DNA from: a virus
DNA length: 64,000 nt
Strand: one strand, 5' to 3'
Virus record (IMG/VR): IMGVR_UViG_3300028948_000703
Location: 32,001-96,000 of that record
Both the position numbers and the translations under genes were made by a program. Shown piece by piece: positions 36,023 to 46,362 of the stretch. Position 1 is the stretch's first letter, and each line of letters opens with the position of its first letter. The notes beneath the pieces are model-generated. The model ran no database searches and was not told the origin of the DNA. It was given only the letters and a program-made list of their open reading frames with translations.

Positions 36023-37147
36023 CTATTTGCTTGCGTGTCTATCGATAAATGCAGGTGCCCACGGTAACCCAAATGCTGTTGCAACTTCTTGATTTACCAC
36101 ATTTTGGCTCCAGATATTAAGTCCATTTCTTAGACCATCATGATTCCACATGGTTCTTTCTAGCCCATTATCTGCTAGAATTTTAATATAAGGCAGTGTT
36201 GCATTATTCAGTGCATACGTTGCTGTTTTAGCTACAGACCCAGGCATATTTGTAACGCAGTAATGTAGAACATCGTGTGTATAGTAAGTAGGTTTAGAAT
36301 GATTAGTTGGCAAACTAGTTTCTATACAGCCTCCTTGATCAATGGCAATGTCAACAATAACAGACTTTGGAGTCATTGACTTAACTATGTCTTCTGTGAC
36401 TAATTTTGGTGCTACTGCACCTGGAATCAAAACTGCACCAATTAATAAATCTGCTGATTCCACAGCAGTTGTTATGTTCTTCCTGGTAGAATAAACAGTT
36501 TTAATTCTTGAACCATATAGAGAATCTAATAGGTTTAATTTTTCAAGATTTTTATCTATTACTGTAACCTGTGCACCCATACCTACTGCAATTTTTAAAG
36601 CATTGCTACCTGCTACCCCAGCTCCTAAGATTACAACATTAGCTGGTTCAATACCTGGAACGCCGCTTAAAAGTATTCCTTTACCGCCGTTGTTTTTTTC
36701 GAGGAAATGTGCACCTACCTGCACAGACATTCGTCCGGCAATAGCACTCATAGGTGCTAGAAGAGGCAATAGTCCTGCTGTGTCTGTAACTGTTTCATAT
36801 GCTACACAACTGACTCCTGAATTTAAAAGATGCATGGTTTTTTCACGATCGGCTGCTAAGTGCAAATAGGTAAAAACAATCTGTCCGGGTTTTAATTTAT
36901 CAATTTCTTCCCATTGTGGTTCTTTAACTTTTACAATCATTTCTGATACATCAAATATGTCTTCACTTCTTTTTAAGATTGTTGCACCAGCTTGAATGTA
37001 TTCTCGATCGTCGATTCCAATGTTAGCACCTGCATTGGTTTCTATATAAACGTCGTGTCCGCTATTAACTAGTTCAGCAACGCTTCCGGGTACTAAACCA
37101 ACTCTAAATTCTTTTATTTTGATTTCTTTTGGAACGCCAATACGCAT
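36023..37147 (-). CDS. ald: Alanine dehydrogenase
   Basis: 'IGVPKEIK..EFRVGL', 'KVKEP', 'LLAPMS.IAGR', 'VDIAIDQGGC.ETS' and 'HYCVTNMPG'. Confidence 0.95.
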   Translation of the reverse strand: MRIGVPKEIKIKEFRVGLVPGSVAELVNSGHDVYIETNAGANIGIDDREYIQAGATILKRSEDIFDVSEMIVKVKEPQWEEIDKLKPGQIVFTYLHLAADREKTMHLLNSGVSCVAYETVTDTAGLLPLLAPMSAIAGRMSVQVGAHFLEKNNGGKGILLSGVPGIEPANVVILGAGVAGSNALKIAVGMGAQVTVIDKNLEKLNLLDSLYGSRIKTVYSTRKNITTAVESADLLIGAVLIPGAVAPKLVTEDIVKSMTPKSVIVDIAIDQGGCIETSLPTNHSKPTYYTHDVLHYCVTNMPGSVAKTATYALNNATLPYIKILADNGLERTMWNHDGLRNGLNIWSQNVVNQEVATAFGLPWAPAFIDRHASK

Positions 37148-37213
37148 ACTATTCGTCTCCTATATAACCATTTAATTAAAATATAAAAAAACGAAAAAGT
37201 ATATTTTTGATCA

Positions 37214-37246
37214 CAAAAAAAGCGTAGTAAAAACTACGCTATTTTT
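37214..37246 (-). terminator. Intrinsic terminator downstream of the GOLLD-like RNA
   Basis: AGCGTAGT-AAAA-ACTACGCT flanked by A/T runs. Confidence 0.75.
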
Positions 37247-37248
37247 AA

Positions 37249-38155
37249 AAGCTCTGAGATTACAAGCTTAGCATTAGTACCTCGGAGATTATATTCAACC
37301 TTGCGAGTCGTTTTCCTCCGACATCCACAATCCCGGCGACGCAGCGCACTATTGGAACTGTCTACTAACAATGTCGCCTTTTTTAAGGTCAGGCAGTAGA
37401 CCTTTCATGTAATGCTACTCTACAACTTCTAATCCGTTAGCCTTGCGAGCTATTCAGGAGCGCTAACCCCTTACGACTCTTCCGTTATAAACCAACTCCG
37501 CCTTGCGAGCTTTGCTGGACTTGATTCCCTTGCGGGTCAAGCTTTAGACATCTTTCACACTACACAGGGCCAGGCTTTGCTTTTTGTAATCGAAAGTTGG
37601 AATCGAACCAACATACGACTGCTTAAAATGCAGTTGCCTAAACCGTTCGGCTATATCGTGTAACCTACTGTGATGTGCTAGCCCAGTTGCTCAGTATCTT
37701 GTTAGATACCAAATACAACACACCACCTGTATTTCGTCTTGCGGACTACTATACCGTTTACCTGGACACTGTCTGATCTTACGAACCAGCCAATCCCCTC
37801 AAAACTGCCAACCGCCCTTAGTTGCAACACCTTGGACTAATTGACTATCCGTTGTCTATCAGCATTTGGTTGGTTTGCATGTAAAGGTGATACTTGCGGT
37901 ATCTTGCTCCTCACCGATTGGCTCTGGAACACATCCTTTCGGACCTTTACCCAACCGTCCTGCTTACCACCCTTTAGTGGATGGCCCCTTTCGGAGCAGA
38001 CCGGACCTGTATAGTTGGACCTATTGCTAGGTGCTGGTATGTAGGCTTTCCAGCTTTGGCTCAGTTGCCTGACTTATCCTTTATTGACGCTATACCGCCA
38101 ATGCTTTATTTTTAACTACTTACTGCACATTTTGCTTTTGCTTGTGTGCAGCTTC
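37249..38155 (-). ncRNA. GOLLD-like giant structured RNA
   Basis: ~900 nt without an ORF. Many GNRA-capped hairpins (CCGAAAGG, CTCGCAAGG, CCGCAAG), 'AGGTGGTG', 'GAGTAGC', 'CTTAAAAAAGG', and a 3' end 'GGTTGAATATAATC...GTAATCTCAG'. Embedded tRNA. TTGCAT/TATATT promoter at 38165-38192. Confidence 0.75.
37587..37660 (-). tRNA. Degenerate tRNA-Lys(UUU)-like element embedded in GOLLD
   Basis: D-arm TAGCCGAACGGTTTAGGCA, ACTGC-ATTTTAA-GCAGT, T-arm GTTGG-TTCGATT-CCAAC; imperfect acceptor stem and no CCA. Confidence 0.65.
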
Positions 38156-38210
38156 TATTTTCTTAATATACTGTTTTTATTTTTAAATGCAAGAGCAAAA
38201 ATAGATTATT

Positions 38211-38642
38211 TTACAAATTTTTAATAATTTCGCTAGCCATTTTTCCGTCGTACTGTCCTGAATAGGTATTTTTTAAATAAGCCATTGCTTGTCCTATTGC
38301 GCGTGGACCCGAAAGATTATTAGTAGCTAAAAACTCTTTTAGAATAGTTTCTAACGAATTTTTATCTAATTGGCTCGGCAAATACTTGTTAAGTATTTCA
38401 ACTTCAGACTGTTGTGTTAGATCATTTTGATTTCTTTCCTTTAACAATCTGGAAGTTTCTGTAGCATTTGCTATAAACTTTTTCACAGTGGCTATTACTT
38501 CCTCGTCAGTACTTGGACCGTTTCGTTTATCTTTTCCAACTTTACTGGCTTCGGAATACAGTGTTATTAAAAGATTTTTAGTAACCGTATCTGAGTTTTG
38601 TCTAGCCAACATCATGTCGGCATGAATTTGATTAATTAACAT
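38211..38642 (-). CDS. GatB/YqeY domain protein
   Basis: 'E.EILNKYLPSQL', 'IGQAM..LK..Y.GQYDGK.AS'. Confidence 0.85.
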   Translation of the reverse strand: MLINQIHADMMLARQNSDTVTKNLLITLYSEASKVGKDKRNGPSTDEEVIATVKKFIANATETSRLLKERNQNDLTQQSEVEILNKYLPSQLDKNSLETILKEFLATNNLSGPRAIGQAMAYLKNTYSGQYDGKMASEIIKNL

Positions 38643-38746
38643 ATTTTATATGTAACTATTCACGGTCTATAAGTCAATAGTATATTTAAAAATATTGCTA
38701 CCAACAGTGCTGCAGTGGCATAAAAGTTAATAGCTATGAGGAATCA

Positions 38747-39313
38747 ATGACTAACGATTTGTTTATATTTAACGAACCCTACAAACCTGGAATTGGGTAT
38801 CAAGAATACAAAATTTTAAGAAAGCATCGAGAAAATTTAAGACCTAGTCAACTTGAACATCAAGATTATAAAAGACATATACTATATTTTGGCAGAATGC
38901 ATTTAATTGACCATATGTCTAAAGAAGAGAGTGTCGGTCCAATGAAAGTAGGAAAGACGTATTATCCTACCAGTTTATTTCGTGCTCGAAATGAAGCCGG
39001 CGGCGAATTTCGATTGTATGCTGAGATTGTTTTATATGATCAATTTGAAATGGATTCAATTGAGAAAATAGCTCATAAAGCATTAAATATTTATAGAATT
39101 GAAGGACCTCAGGGTCAAAAAGAGCTGTTTAACTTATCAAATATTGATTTAGACCAGCACATTGACTCAGTATTGTATGCATTTTTAAAAAATAGATTCT
39201 TTGATTCAAAAGTACAAGAGGTTTTGAAATTTGATAATAATGAACACTCGATATATTCAATTTCAAAATTCAAAATTCATAATGAATCCAACGAGGATTG
39301 CATAATAGTATAA
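38747..39313 (+). CDS. Hypothetical protein, possibly T5orf172/GIY-YIG-like
   Basis: 'ILYFG...KVGKT...R', 'EK.AHK.L' and 'ELF'. Confidence 0.4.
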   Translation: MTNDLFIFNEPYKPGIGYQEYKILRKHRENLRPSQLEHQDYKRHILYFGRMHLIDHMSKEESVGPMKVGKTYYPTSLFRARNEAGGEFRLYAEIVLYDQFEMDSIEKIAHKALNIYRIEGPQGQKELFNLSNIDLDQHIDSVLYAFLKNRFFDSKVQEVLKFDNNEHSIYSISKFKIHNESNEDCIIV

Positions 39314-39438
39314 AAACGATTAAGATATAAATCTATCACAAGATGAAGGGTCGAGTGGCAGAAATTCAACCCTTTTCTTTATTAAAGAGGTCTTAGCGTA
39401 TGTTAGAACATGAAACCTACATTAAATGTCGCAATAAG

Positions 39439-39657
39439 TTATTGCCAGGACATTCTCCACATTGTATATTGTTCTGTTGTGGGTATAGTAAAATATATTG
39501 TGTCAGTGGTTGGTGTAAATTCTGGACAGTTTCTTTCAAACCAAGTTTTAATTTTATCTAGATTCTCATTCCACCAACCTCGATTTGTTACAATCAAATG
39601 CCAAGGGCCCTGTTCTTGCATATTATTGTATGCTGAATATTTTTTTTCTATGTCCAT
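39439..39657 (-). CDS. Small-protein family A-like
   Basis: 'IKTWFERNC...FTIPTTEQYTMWRMSW'. Confidence 0.55.
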   Translation of the reverse strand: MDIEKKYSAYNNMQEQGPWHLIVTNRGWWNENLDKIKTWFERNCPEFTPTTDTIYFTIPTTEQYTMWRMSWQ

Positions 39658-39845
39658 GTTAATATAAATGTTGTTACATCTTCCATTGTTTGGAATTCAA
39701 ACAAACCGTTACCATAATTTATTATGGATGGTAAATTTTGTTCAATCCAATAGTTTAGCTCGTATTTTTGTCTAACTGGCCAATGTTGCATACTAATATG
39801 CCCTATATAACCTCCATCAGTTGTTTGCCAATAAAAAAAAGACAT
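39648..39845 (-). CDS. Small-protein family A member
   Basis: 'FEFQTMEDVTTFILTW'. Confidence 0.6.
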   Translation of the reverse strand: MSFFYWQTTDGGYIGHISMQHWPVRQKYELNYWIEQNLPSIINYGNGLFEFQTMEDVTTFILTWT

Positions 39846-39892
39846 ATATGGAGTTTATTATAAACTGTAACGTTAATCAACTATAATTTTGA

Positions 39893-40240
39893 TTATATAT
39901 GAAAACTTGAGCCGCATCCGCATCGGCCTTTCTCATTAGGATTAGTAAAGCTAAATCCTTTTTCAAACGTAGAGTCTTTGTAATCTATTACAGTGCCAAT
40001 TACAAATAATAAAGATTTTGAATCAATAAAAATTTTAATACCATCTTGTTCTACAACATCATCGGTTGCGTTTGCAATGTCACAAAATTCAAGAGTATAG
40101 CTTAATCCACTACAACCTTTTGTTCTAACAGCAATTCTAATGCCAAGAGTTGTATCTTTATTTCGGTCCGCAATTAGTTTTTTAATTTCAACTACGGCTA
40201 AATCTGTAATTTTTATTAAAGTAGGGCGTGACTTACGCAT
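39893..40240 (-). CDS. iscA: Fe-S cluster assembly A-type carrier (IscA/HesB)
   Basis: 'KGCSGLSY' and 'F.NPNEKGRCGCGSSF'. Confidence 0.93.
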   Translation of the reverse strand: MRKSRPTLIKITDLAVVEIKKLIADRNKDTTLGIRIAVRTKGCSGLSYTLEFCDIANATDDVVEQDGIKIFIDSKSLLFVIGTVIDYKDSTFEKGFSFTNPNEKGRCGCGSSFHI

Positions 40241-40248
40241 TACAATAT

Positions 40249-40557
40249 TTATGCTGATTCAACACGGCATTCTAATGGAAAGGAGTGAGACCTTGCTACA
40301 AACACAGTTTCTTTGCATTTTTGATCTGCTACTTCATAGGTATAAGTGCCAGCAATGCCTTTACCTTCGTCGTGTATTCGCATTGTTAAATCGTTAGCTT
40401 CATCAAATGTTTTATAAAAAATATTCATCAGAACTAAAATAACAAATTCAACTGTGGTGCTGTCGTCATTATACAGCACCACATTGAACATTCCGGGTTC
40501 TTGCATGACTACCCGTGTATCAGTTTTAGTAATAGTTTCTGTATTCACAGATGTCAC
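40249..40557 (-). CDS. clpS: ATP-dependent Clp protease adaptor ClpS
   Basis: 'VVLYNDDSTT.EFV', 'IH.EGKGIAG.Y.YEVA' and 'FPL'. Confidence 0.93.
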   Translation of the reverse strand: MTSVNTETITKTDTRVVMQEPGMFNVVLYNDDSTTVEFVILVLMNIFYKTFDEANDLTMRIHDEGKGIAGTYTYEVADQKCKETVFVARSHSFPLECRVESA

Positions 40558-40568
40558 GCGATTCTCCG

Positions 40569-41039
40569 TTATTTAGATTCTAGTAAAGTCGATGTAGACG
40601 TAGATCCGATAGCAATCTTACGTGGTTTCATTGACTCTGGCAATTGATATTCAAAGTCAATTGTAAGAATGCCATTTTCTAAAGAAGTGTTCTTAACTTC
40701 AATATAGGTGTTGAGATAGAATTCTCGTTTGAAATTTCTACCTGCGATACCTTTATGAAGATAAGTTTTGTTAGTATCCTTTTCGGTTCTACCTTCGATA
40801 GTAAGTATACCTTGATGTAAGGTAATATTAATATTATTTTCAGTAAAACCAGCTACAGCCATAGTAAGACGATATTTATTTTCATCCGTCTGCTCTAGAT
40901 CATATGGCGGATAGTTAGTTTGAGACGTATCTCGAACATTGTTAATCATTCTAAGTGTTGGTTCAAATCCAACAGTAAAACGATTCATATCTCGAAACAT
41001 GTCATCAATATAACTATTAAGTGTAGTAACTTCTCTCAT
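40569..41039 (-). CDS. Small heat shock protein (Hsp20/IbpA family)
   Basis: 'NYPPYD', 'MAVAGF', 'YLHKGIA.R.F.R.F' and 'PESMKPRKI.I'. Confidence 0.93.
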   Translation of the reverse strand: MREVTTLNSYIDDMFRDMNRFTVGFEPTLRMINNVRDTSQTNYPPYDLEQTDENKYRLTMAVAGFTENNINITLHQGILTIEGRTEKDTNKTYLHKGIAGRNFKREFYLNTYIEVKNTSLENGILTIDFEYQLPESMKPRKIAIGSTSTSTLLESK

Positions 41040-41152
41040 TATAATACCTCCTGTAATAAGCAAAGTAAATGATTTAGATCCTAATTAGGCATCTAAAGCT
41101 AGTATGTAACTAGCGTAGTTAATATATGCATAATGTTTCATTTTGTCAACGG

Positions 41153-41476
41153 TTACGTTCTATCTTTTGGAAGATTTATTACAGAACGGTCCACAGGTTT
41201 TGTCTGAGCATATGGCTTCTTTTTACGCGGCAATTCAATGTCCATAATTTGAGCATATTTCTTTTTCCAACGAAGTTTTGCTTCAGCCATACGTTGCCGT
41301 TTTTCAATACTATTAGGAGTAAAATGCTTACGACGACGCAGTTCTTTATTAACGCCTTCGCTATTCATTCTTCTCTTTAGCTGTGCAATTGCACCTTCTA
41401 TATTTCCGTTGTTGACTCTTACAGTCATACCTTTCTTACGAAAGGGATTTTCTTCATGTTGCATCTGTTTCTCCAT
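41153..41476 (-). CDS. rpsU: Ribosomal protein bS21
   Basis: 'VRVNNGNIE.AI..LKRRMN.EG..KELRRRKHF..NS'. Confidence 0.85.
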   Translation of the reverse strand: MEKQMQHEENPFRKKGMTVRVNNGNIEGAIAQLKRRMNSEGVNKELRRRKHFTPNSIEKRQRMAEAKLRWKKKYAQIMDIELPRKKKPYAQTKPVDRSVINLPKDRT

Positions 41477-42064
41477 TTAATTAACATTTGCATTTTTGCT
41501 AATGGGTGCGATTATTGCCGTAATCATTCTAGACTCAAGTTGAGGTTGTTTTTCAATACGGCAAGGACCTAAGCCATTAATAAATGTTTGCATAATTTCA
41601 AACCCTTTGTCACTAAAATTCAGTTCACGACCCCAGAATTTAACAGTGATTTTTAATTTATTATTATCTGCTAAAAATTCTTTAGCTCGATTAATTTTTA
41701 TTTCAAGATCATGTTTATCTGTAACAGCACGTAGCTGTATTTCTTTCATAACAATTGTGTTTTGTCTAGTTTTTTTGTCTTGCTCTTTTTTAGATTTCTT
41801 TAAATTATAAATCCATTTGTTGAGATCAACAATGCGTACAACCGGTGGATTAGCTGATCTAGTAACTTCTACTAAATCTAATCCCTGATTATATGCCATT
41901 TGAATGGCTTGTTTAGAACTTAAAACACCGAGAGGATTGCCATCAACGTCCAATAGTCTTACATCTTGATATCTAATCTGCTCATTTATTAACAGACCTG
42001 CACGTATTGGATCTTCAGGACGTCTTCTATCTCTATATGAATTGTTTGAATAACGAGTGTTCAA
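41477..42064 (-). CDS. infC: Translation initiation factor IF-3
   Basis: 'INEQIR..DVRL', 'LDLVEV...NPPV.RI.D' and 'KEIQL...DKHDL..K...A..FL'. Confidence 0.93.
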   Translation of the reverse strand: MNTRYSNNSYRDRRRPEDPIRAGLLINEQIRYQDVRLLDVDGNPLGVLSSKQAIQMAYNQGLDLVEVTRSANPPVVRIVDLNKWIYNLKKSKKEQDKKTRQNTIVMKEIQLRAVTDKHDLEIKINRAKEFLADNNKLKITVKFWGRELNFSDKGFEIMQTFINGLGPCRIEKQPQLESRMITAIIAPISKNANVN

Positions 42065-44379
42065 TTAATTTCTCCAGTGGCTAAGTCAAAAACTTTTAGT
42101 GGTTGTTTCATTTGTTCTACAGTCTCCTTTGTGATACATAATTTTTTTACATTTTGTTTTGCAAGTCCGGGCAAGTCAAACTGACTTTCCATTAAAATAT
42201 TTTCTAAAATACTTCGAAGCCCTCTTGCTCCGGTTTTCCTATTCATTGCCTGTTCGGCAATTGCATCAAGACTCTCTGGGCTAAACTCAAGTTTAACATC
42301 ATCAAGCTCGAATAATTTTTGATATTGTTTTATCAAAGCATTCTTAGGTTCAGTTAGTATCTTTACTAGAGCTGATTTATCAAGATCATGAAACGTTACA
42401 ATAATTGGTAGTCTTCCAATCATTTCTGGAATAATACCAAATTTAACTAAATCTTCGCCCTGTACTTGTTTAATTAATTCGTAGTTGTCGATAGACGCAT
42501 TCTTGTCTTTGATCGCAGCTCCAAATCCAATTGTGGTTTCGTCGGTGTTAAGACGATCTGCTATAATTTTATTCAATCCTTCAAACGCACCACCGACAAT
42601 AAAAAGAATATTTTTTGTATTCACAGTTACAAACTCACCGGATGGGTTTTTACGACCGCCTTGAGGAGGAATTTTAACCTCGCATCCTTCAATCATTTTT
42701 AACAATGCTTGCTGCACGCCTTCGCCGCTAACATCTCTGGTTACGCTTGTATTTTCGCCTTTTCTTCCTTTTTTATCAATTTCGTCGATATAAACAATGC
42801 CGCGTTCAGTTTTTGAAATATCGTTATCGGCCGCATGATATAGCTTAGCAATAGCATCTTCGACATCAAGCCCGACATAACCGCTTTCTGTTAAGCTAGT
42901 TGCATCAACTAATGCAAATGGTACATCTAAAATTTTTGCTACAGTTTGAATGGTAAATGTATTATGCGTAACTACGTAGTTATTTGTAACATATAAATGT
43001 TCTGGATGATCAACCATAATACATTGCGCCGGCATTTTCCCAACATACTTGACATCTCTAATTCCTAAACGCAATTCTCGATTAATTGATGCGTCTGAAT
43101 ATTGATATTGCATCGGTACAAGATTTAATTTTCTCGGCAACGATACTAAATCTCTAGGAGAATGATATCTAATTGATACAATATAATTAATCTTTCCTAA
43201 TTTTTTTACACCTTTATCTTTATAAGATGGTGATTTTTCTGAAATTTTTGCAATTCCCCCTATAGACCAAATTAATTCCTGCACATCTAATGCAAGTCTT
43301 TTTGATGATGTTGAAAATGACAATGATCCAGTTTTAACATCTACGTATCCATCGGTATCCATTAATCCTTTGATTAGATCTAGTCTCTGATTTAAAGACG
43401 AGTTCTTATATATATAAGGTATAAATTTATCATTGCTTAATTTTTCGTGCAGACCCAACGACACAAAGATCTTTTTATATAAATGTAATTTTTCTATTTT
43501 CTCTTTTCTAATTAATGGTATAGTTGAAGAAATATTGTAATCATATTTTAATCCGCGTTTTTTCAGAAAATATCCATCTTTTTTAATTATATTTGAAATT
43601 TTATTTAGAATAAAATCGTCTTTTGACGATATCATAAAAGTACCATGCCGTGTACAACCATCGCCAATCATTACGCCTAAAAAGTATGGGTCCATTGGCA
43701 GTTTGATATTTTTATGAGTATCAATCTTTGAAATCAATGGTATATATAATTTTCTAGATTTTCTTTGCATATGAAACATTATTTCTTTTAGAGAAATAGT
43801 TTGATATCCATATTTTGGTATATAAACTTTCCATAAATGTTCATCACAACATTCCACAGTACGGCCGTCATCAAATGTAATCTTATATATTTCTTTATCT
43901 CCTTGAGGATATATGCCTACTACCTTAGTAGTTCCGCCATTTGGAGTACTAATCATATCTCCAATTTTAATATCACCCATTTTGACCCATTTCTTTGGTG
44001 CTCTAATTAATGAATGCAACGGTTGAGCTTTACCTGTACCGCTACCGCCAATAAAAAGCATATTACTTTTATCAATTTCAACACCGTCAATTACTGGATT
44101 GTTAATCCGTTTAACGTGGTTATATATTGCAACAGCTAATGTCTTTTTTGCAATGTCTTGGCCAACTACATACTCATCAAGACGTTTTTTAATTATACTT
44201 GGCTTAATTGTTACCTCAGATAAAACTTTGGGTTGATCTTTTTTAATAATCTCAAATGACAATTTAATACATTCGTCACATATATAAACATCATTACCTG
44301 CAACAAGTTTGCTAACTTGTTGTTGATTTTTTCCACAAAAACTGCATTGATGTAATACTTTAGTTTGATCTACGGTCAT
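42061..44379 (-). CDS. clpX: ClpX ATPase subunit containing an intein
   Basis: Zn finger CSFC...ICDEC; Walker A GGSGTGK interrupted; '[12 protein letters not shown]', 'YIDEIDK', '[14 protein letters not shown]', 'IGFG' loop and 'TGARGLR'. Confidence 0.95.
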   Translation of the reverse strand: MTVDQTKVLHQCSFCGKNQQQVSKLVAGNDVYICDECIKLSFEIIKKDQPKVLSEVTIKPSIIKKRLDEYVVGQDIAKKTLAVAIYNHVKRINNPVIDGVEIDKSNMLFIGGSGTGKAQPLHSLIRAPKKWVKMGDIKIGDMISTPNGGTTKVVGIYPQGDKEIYKITFDDGRTVECCDEHLWKVYIPKYGYQTISLKEIMFHMQRKSRKLYIPLISKIDTHKNIKLPMDPYFLGVMIGDGCTRHGTFMISSKDDFILNKISNIIKKDGYFLKKRGLKYDYNISSTIPLIRKEKIEKLHLYKKIFVSLGLHEKLSNDKFIPYIYKNSSLNQRLDLIKGLMDTDGYVDVKTGSLSFSTSSKRLALDVQELIWSIGGIAKISEKSPSYKDKGVKKLGKINYIVSIRYHSPRDLVSLPRKLNLVPMQYQYSDASINRELRLGIRDVKYVGKMPAQCIMVDHPEHLYVTNNYVVTHNTFTIQTVAKILDVPFALVDATSLTESGYVGLDVEDAIAKLYHAADNDISKTERGIVYIDEIDKKGRKGENTSVTRDVSGEGVQQALLKMIEGCEVKIPPQGGRKNPSGEFVTVNTKNILFIVGGAFEGLNKIIADRLNTDETTIGFGAAIKDKNASIDNYELIKQVQGEDLVKFGIIPEMIGRLPIIVTFHDLDKSALVKILTEPKNALIKQYQKLFELDDVKLEFSPESLDAIAEQAMNRKTGARGLRSILENILMESQFDLPGLAKQNVKKLCITKETVEQMKQPLKVFDLATGEIN
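42961..44028 (-). mobile_element. 356-aa LAGLIDADG intein in the ClpX Walker A motif (Ala1 ... His-Asn | Thr+1)
   Basis: GK|AQPLHSLI...'CCDEHLW'...'LGVMIGDG'...'GLMDTDGYV'...VVTHN|TFT. Confidence 0.92.
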
Positions 44380-44387
44380 TTGTCCTC

Positions 44388-45935
44388 TTAATACTTATAT
44401 CCTCGATAGTCTCTTTTAATTTGAATGATTGGTTTATTTTTATTTTTTGTATGGTTTTTAAGCTTAGATATAACTTCGTCGGCGTTTACTTGAGATAATT
44501 CAATATTAGAGTTTGATGTAGTAATTGATTGAATTGTTGTATTGTTTACTGCGTTGTTTGAAGTTGTGATATTAGTTTCAAATATTTGATTGTTAGATTC
44601 ATTTATTGAATTATCTATTTCTACGTTAGGCTTTGTATCTTCAGATTGTACAAGATTTACAGCATCTGTCAAGCTTGACTCATTAATTTCATAGCTTTTA
44701 TCTATATTCACGTTTGGTGAACCTACATACGACAACGTATTAGACTCTATGATCAAGTTAGATTCTTTTTCAACGGGTTGAATCTTTTTTTTTAGATCGC
44801 TATTTGCTGCAATTAACATAAGAACTGCTAATGGATCAAATACTATTATTATTATGATAATCATCCATGTAACTGATTTTTCTAATACAGCACTGTCGGT
44901 ATTGCTATCATAGATAAAATTTGCAATATATTTAATTGGACCAACTTCTGCTTCAAGCTTGCGATATGCAGATTCTAATTGATATTTTTTTTCTGTAATT
45001 TTATCAAGTTCTGTAGATGTAGCTTTTATAATATCCTGCTGTTCTTGTATATCTTTCGATAGAGAATCAACACTAGATTTACCAAGCTGATCTCTTAATC
45101 TGTTTATTAATTTGTTCGATTCGTTTACTTGTAATTCTGCAGTTTCTCTAATTTTTGCAATCTCATCCCTTGCTTTTTTAATAGTTAGGTTATTTTGATT
45201 AAAATCATCAAGTTTACTGACTATTTGAGATTTTTCTTGCATTTTTTGTTGTTGCCAGTTGCGAACTGCGGTTGCAGTTCCCGGTCCCCAATTACCATCT
45301 GCTCGGGTTCCAACTAGTTGTTGTGCTTTGGTAATATCGTTGCTATCAATATATTTTTGTAAAATGCTAAGTTCCTGATCAATCTGCGATAATTGACCGG
45401 AAATTAATTTAGTTTGATTTTCAATAATTCTGTTTTGTTCATCTATAACAGGTTGTATACGAATATACGCATTATCAATTCTCTGTTGTTCTGTATTAAT
45501 TTGGTTTTGAATATTAACATCTGCGCCGCCTCCAGATGTTTCTAGCTGTTTAAGTCTAGTTGTTGCTCTTTCTAAGTTAAACTTGTATTGTGCAATATCG
45601 CTATTGATTTTATTAATTTGAGCTAGATTTTCTTGTGTTCCAACAGTTTGATCTATATGTGCTTTAGATAAAAATCCAAAAATGCCAATGCTTGTTATAC
45701 ACATTAACACAATAACTGCACTGGTTAAATATGTTTTTAATAAAAAGGGTATTTCATTCCATTTTTGATAGAGCCAACTACTAACTATTAATTTTGAAGC
45801 TTCTAAAATACTTCCCATTATTATTACAGGATAAAATGCTCCAGCAAATATTGTGGCAAGCCCGATAATGCTATACCATGCTGCAATTGAACTTAGTGCC
45901 AATGCACATATTAGTAATAATAATGTTATAAACAT
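44388..45935 (-). CDS. Membrane-anchored coiled-coil protein with a peptidoglycan-binding-like motif (common in large phages)
   Basis: N-terminal TMs, 'LEASK' and '[13 protein letters not shown]'; '[13 protein letters not shown]'; 'EVGPIKY'; 'VFDPLA'. Confidence 0.7.
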   Translation of the reverse strand: MFITLLLLICALALSSIAAWYSIIGLATIFAGAFYPVIIMGSILEASKLIVSSWLYQKWNEIPFLLKTYLTSAVIVLMCITSIGIFGFLSKAHIDQTVGTQENLAQINKINSDIAQYKFNLERATTRLKQLETSGGGADVNIQNQINTEQQRIDNAYIRIQPVIDEQNRIIENQTKLISGQLSQIDQELSILQKYIDSNDITKAQQLVGTRADGNWGPGTATAVRNWQQQKMQEKSQIVSKLDDFNQNNLTIKKARDEIAKIRETAELQVNESNKLINRLRDQLGKSSVDSLSKDIQEQQDIIKATSTELDKITEKKYQLESAYRKLEAEVGPIKYIANFIYDSNTDSAVLEKSVTWMIIIIIIVFDPLAVLMLIAANSDLKKKIQPVEKESNLIIESNTLSYVGSPNVNIDKSYEINESSLTDAVNLVQSEDTKPNVEIDNSINESNNQIFETNITTSNNAVNNTTIQSITTSNSNIELSQVNADEVISKLKNHTKNKNKPIIQIKRDYRGYKY

Positions 45936-45939
45936 AATT

Positions 45940-46347
45940 TTATCCGTGTATATAATTTCCAGACTTGAGCTCTATAAAATCGTTTTCTCGGTCTAGGAAT
46001 TTATATCCAGCAGATTTTATCTCAAAATGATTGCAAATGTATTCCATTACTTCGTCAACTTCAAATGGTGCGCATGAATATAAATCAAATTGCATCATAC
46101 TATCATTTGGTTCGTCAAAGTTCCAGATATGTAATGTACAATGGCTGGTAGTTAAAATTACAGTTGAAGTTATACCTTCATTACCCAAATCATTGCACCA
46201 AGCAGTAACAGGATCGATCATCACTTTCATGCGAACATGTTTTACCATGCCTCGCATAAATTCACTCACTTTATCGCAGTCTGTAGGACCCGGTGGATTC
46301 TTAATTGCTGCGTTAATTAACAAATGAAGATGTGCATCAGGTTTCAA
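45940..46347 (-). CDS. speD: S-adenosylmethionine decarboxylase proenzyme (SpeD/SpeH family)
   Basis: 'HLHLLIN', 'GIT..VILTTSHC.LHIW' and 'FDLYSC'. Confidence 0.85.
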   Translation of the reverse strand: MKPDAHLHLLINAAIKNPPGPTDCDKVSEFMRGMVKHVRMKVMIDPVTAWCNDLGNEGITSTVILTTSHCTLHIWNFDEPNDSMMQFDLYSCAPFEVDEVMEYICNHFEIKSAGYKFLDRENDFIELKSGNYIHG

Positions 46348-46362
46348 TATATTCTCCTATGT

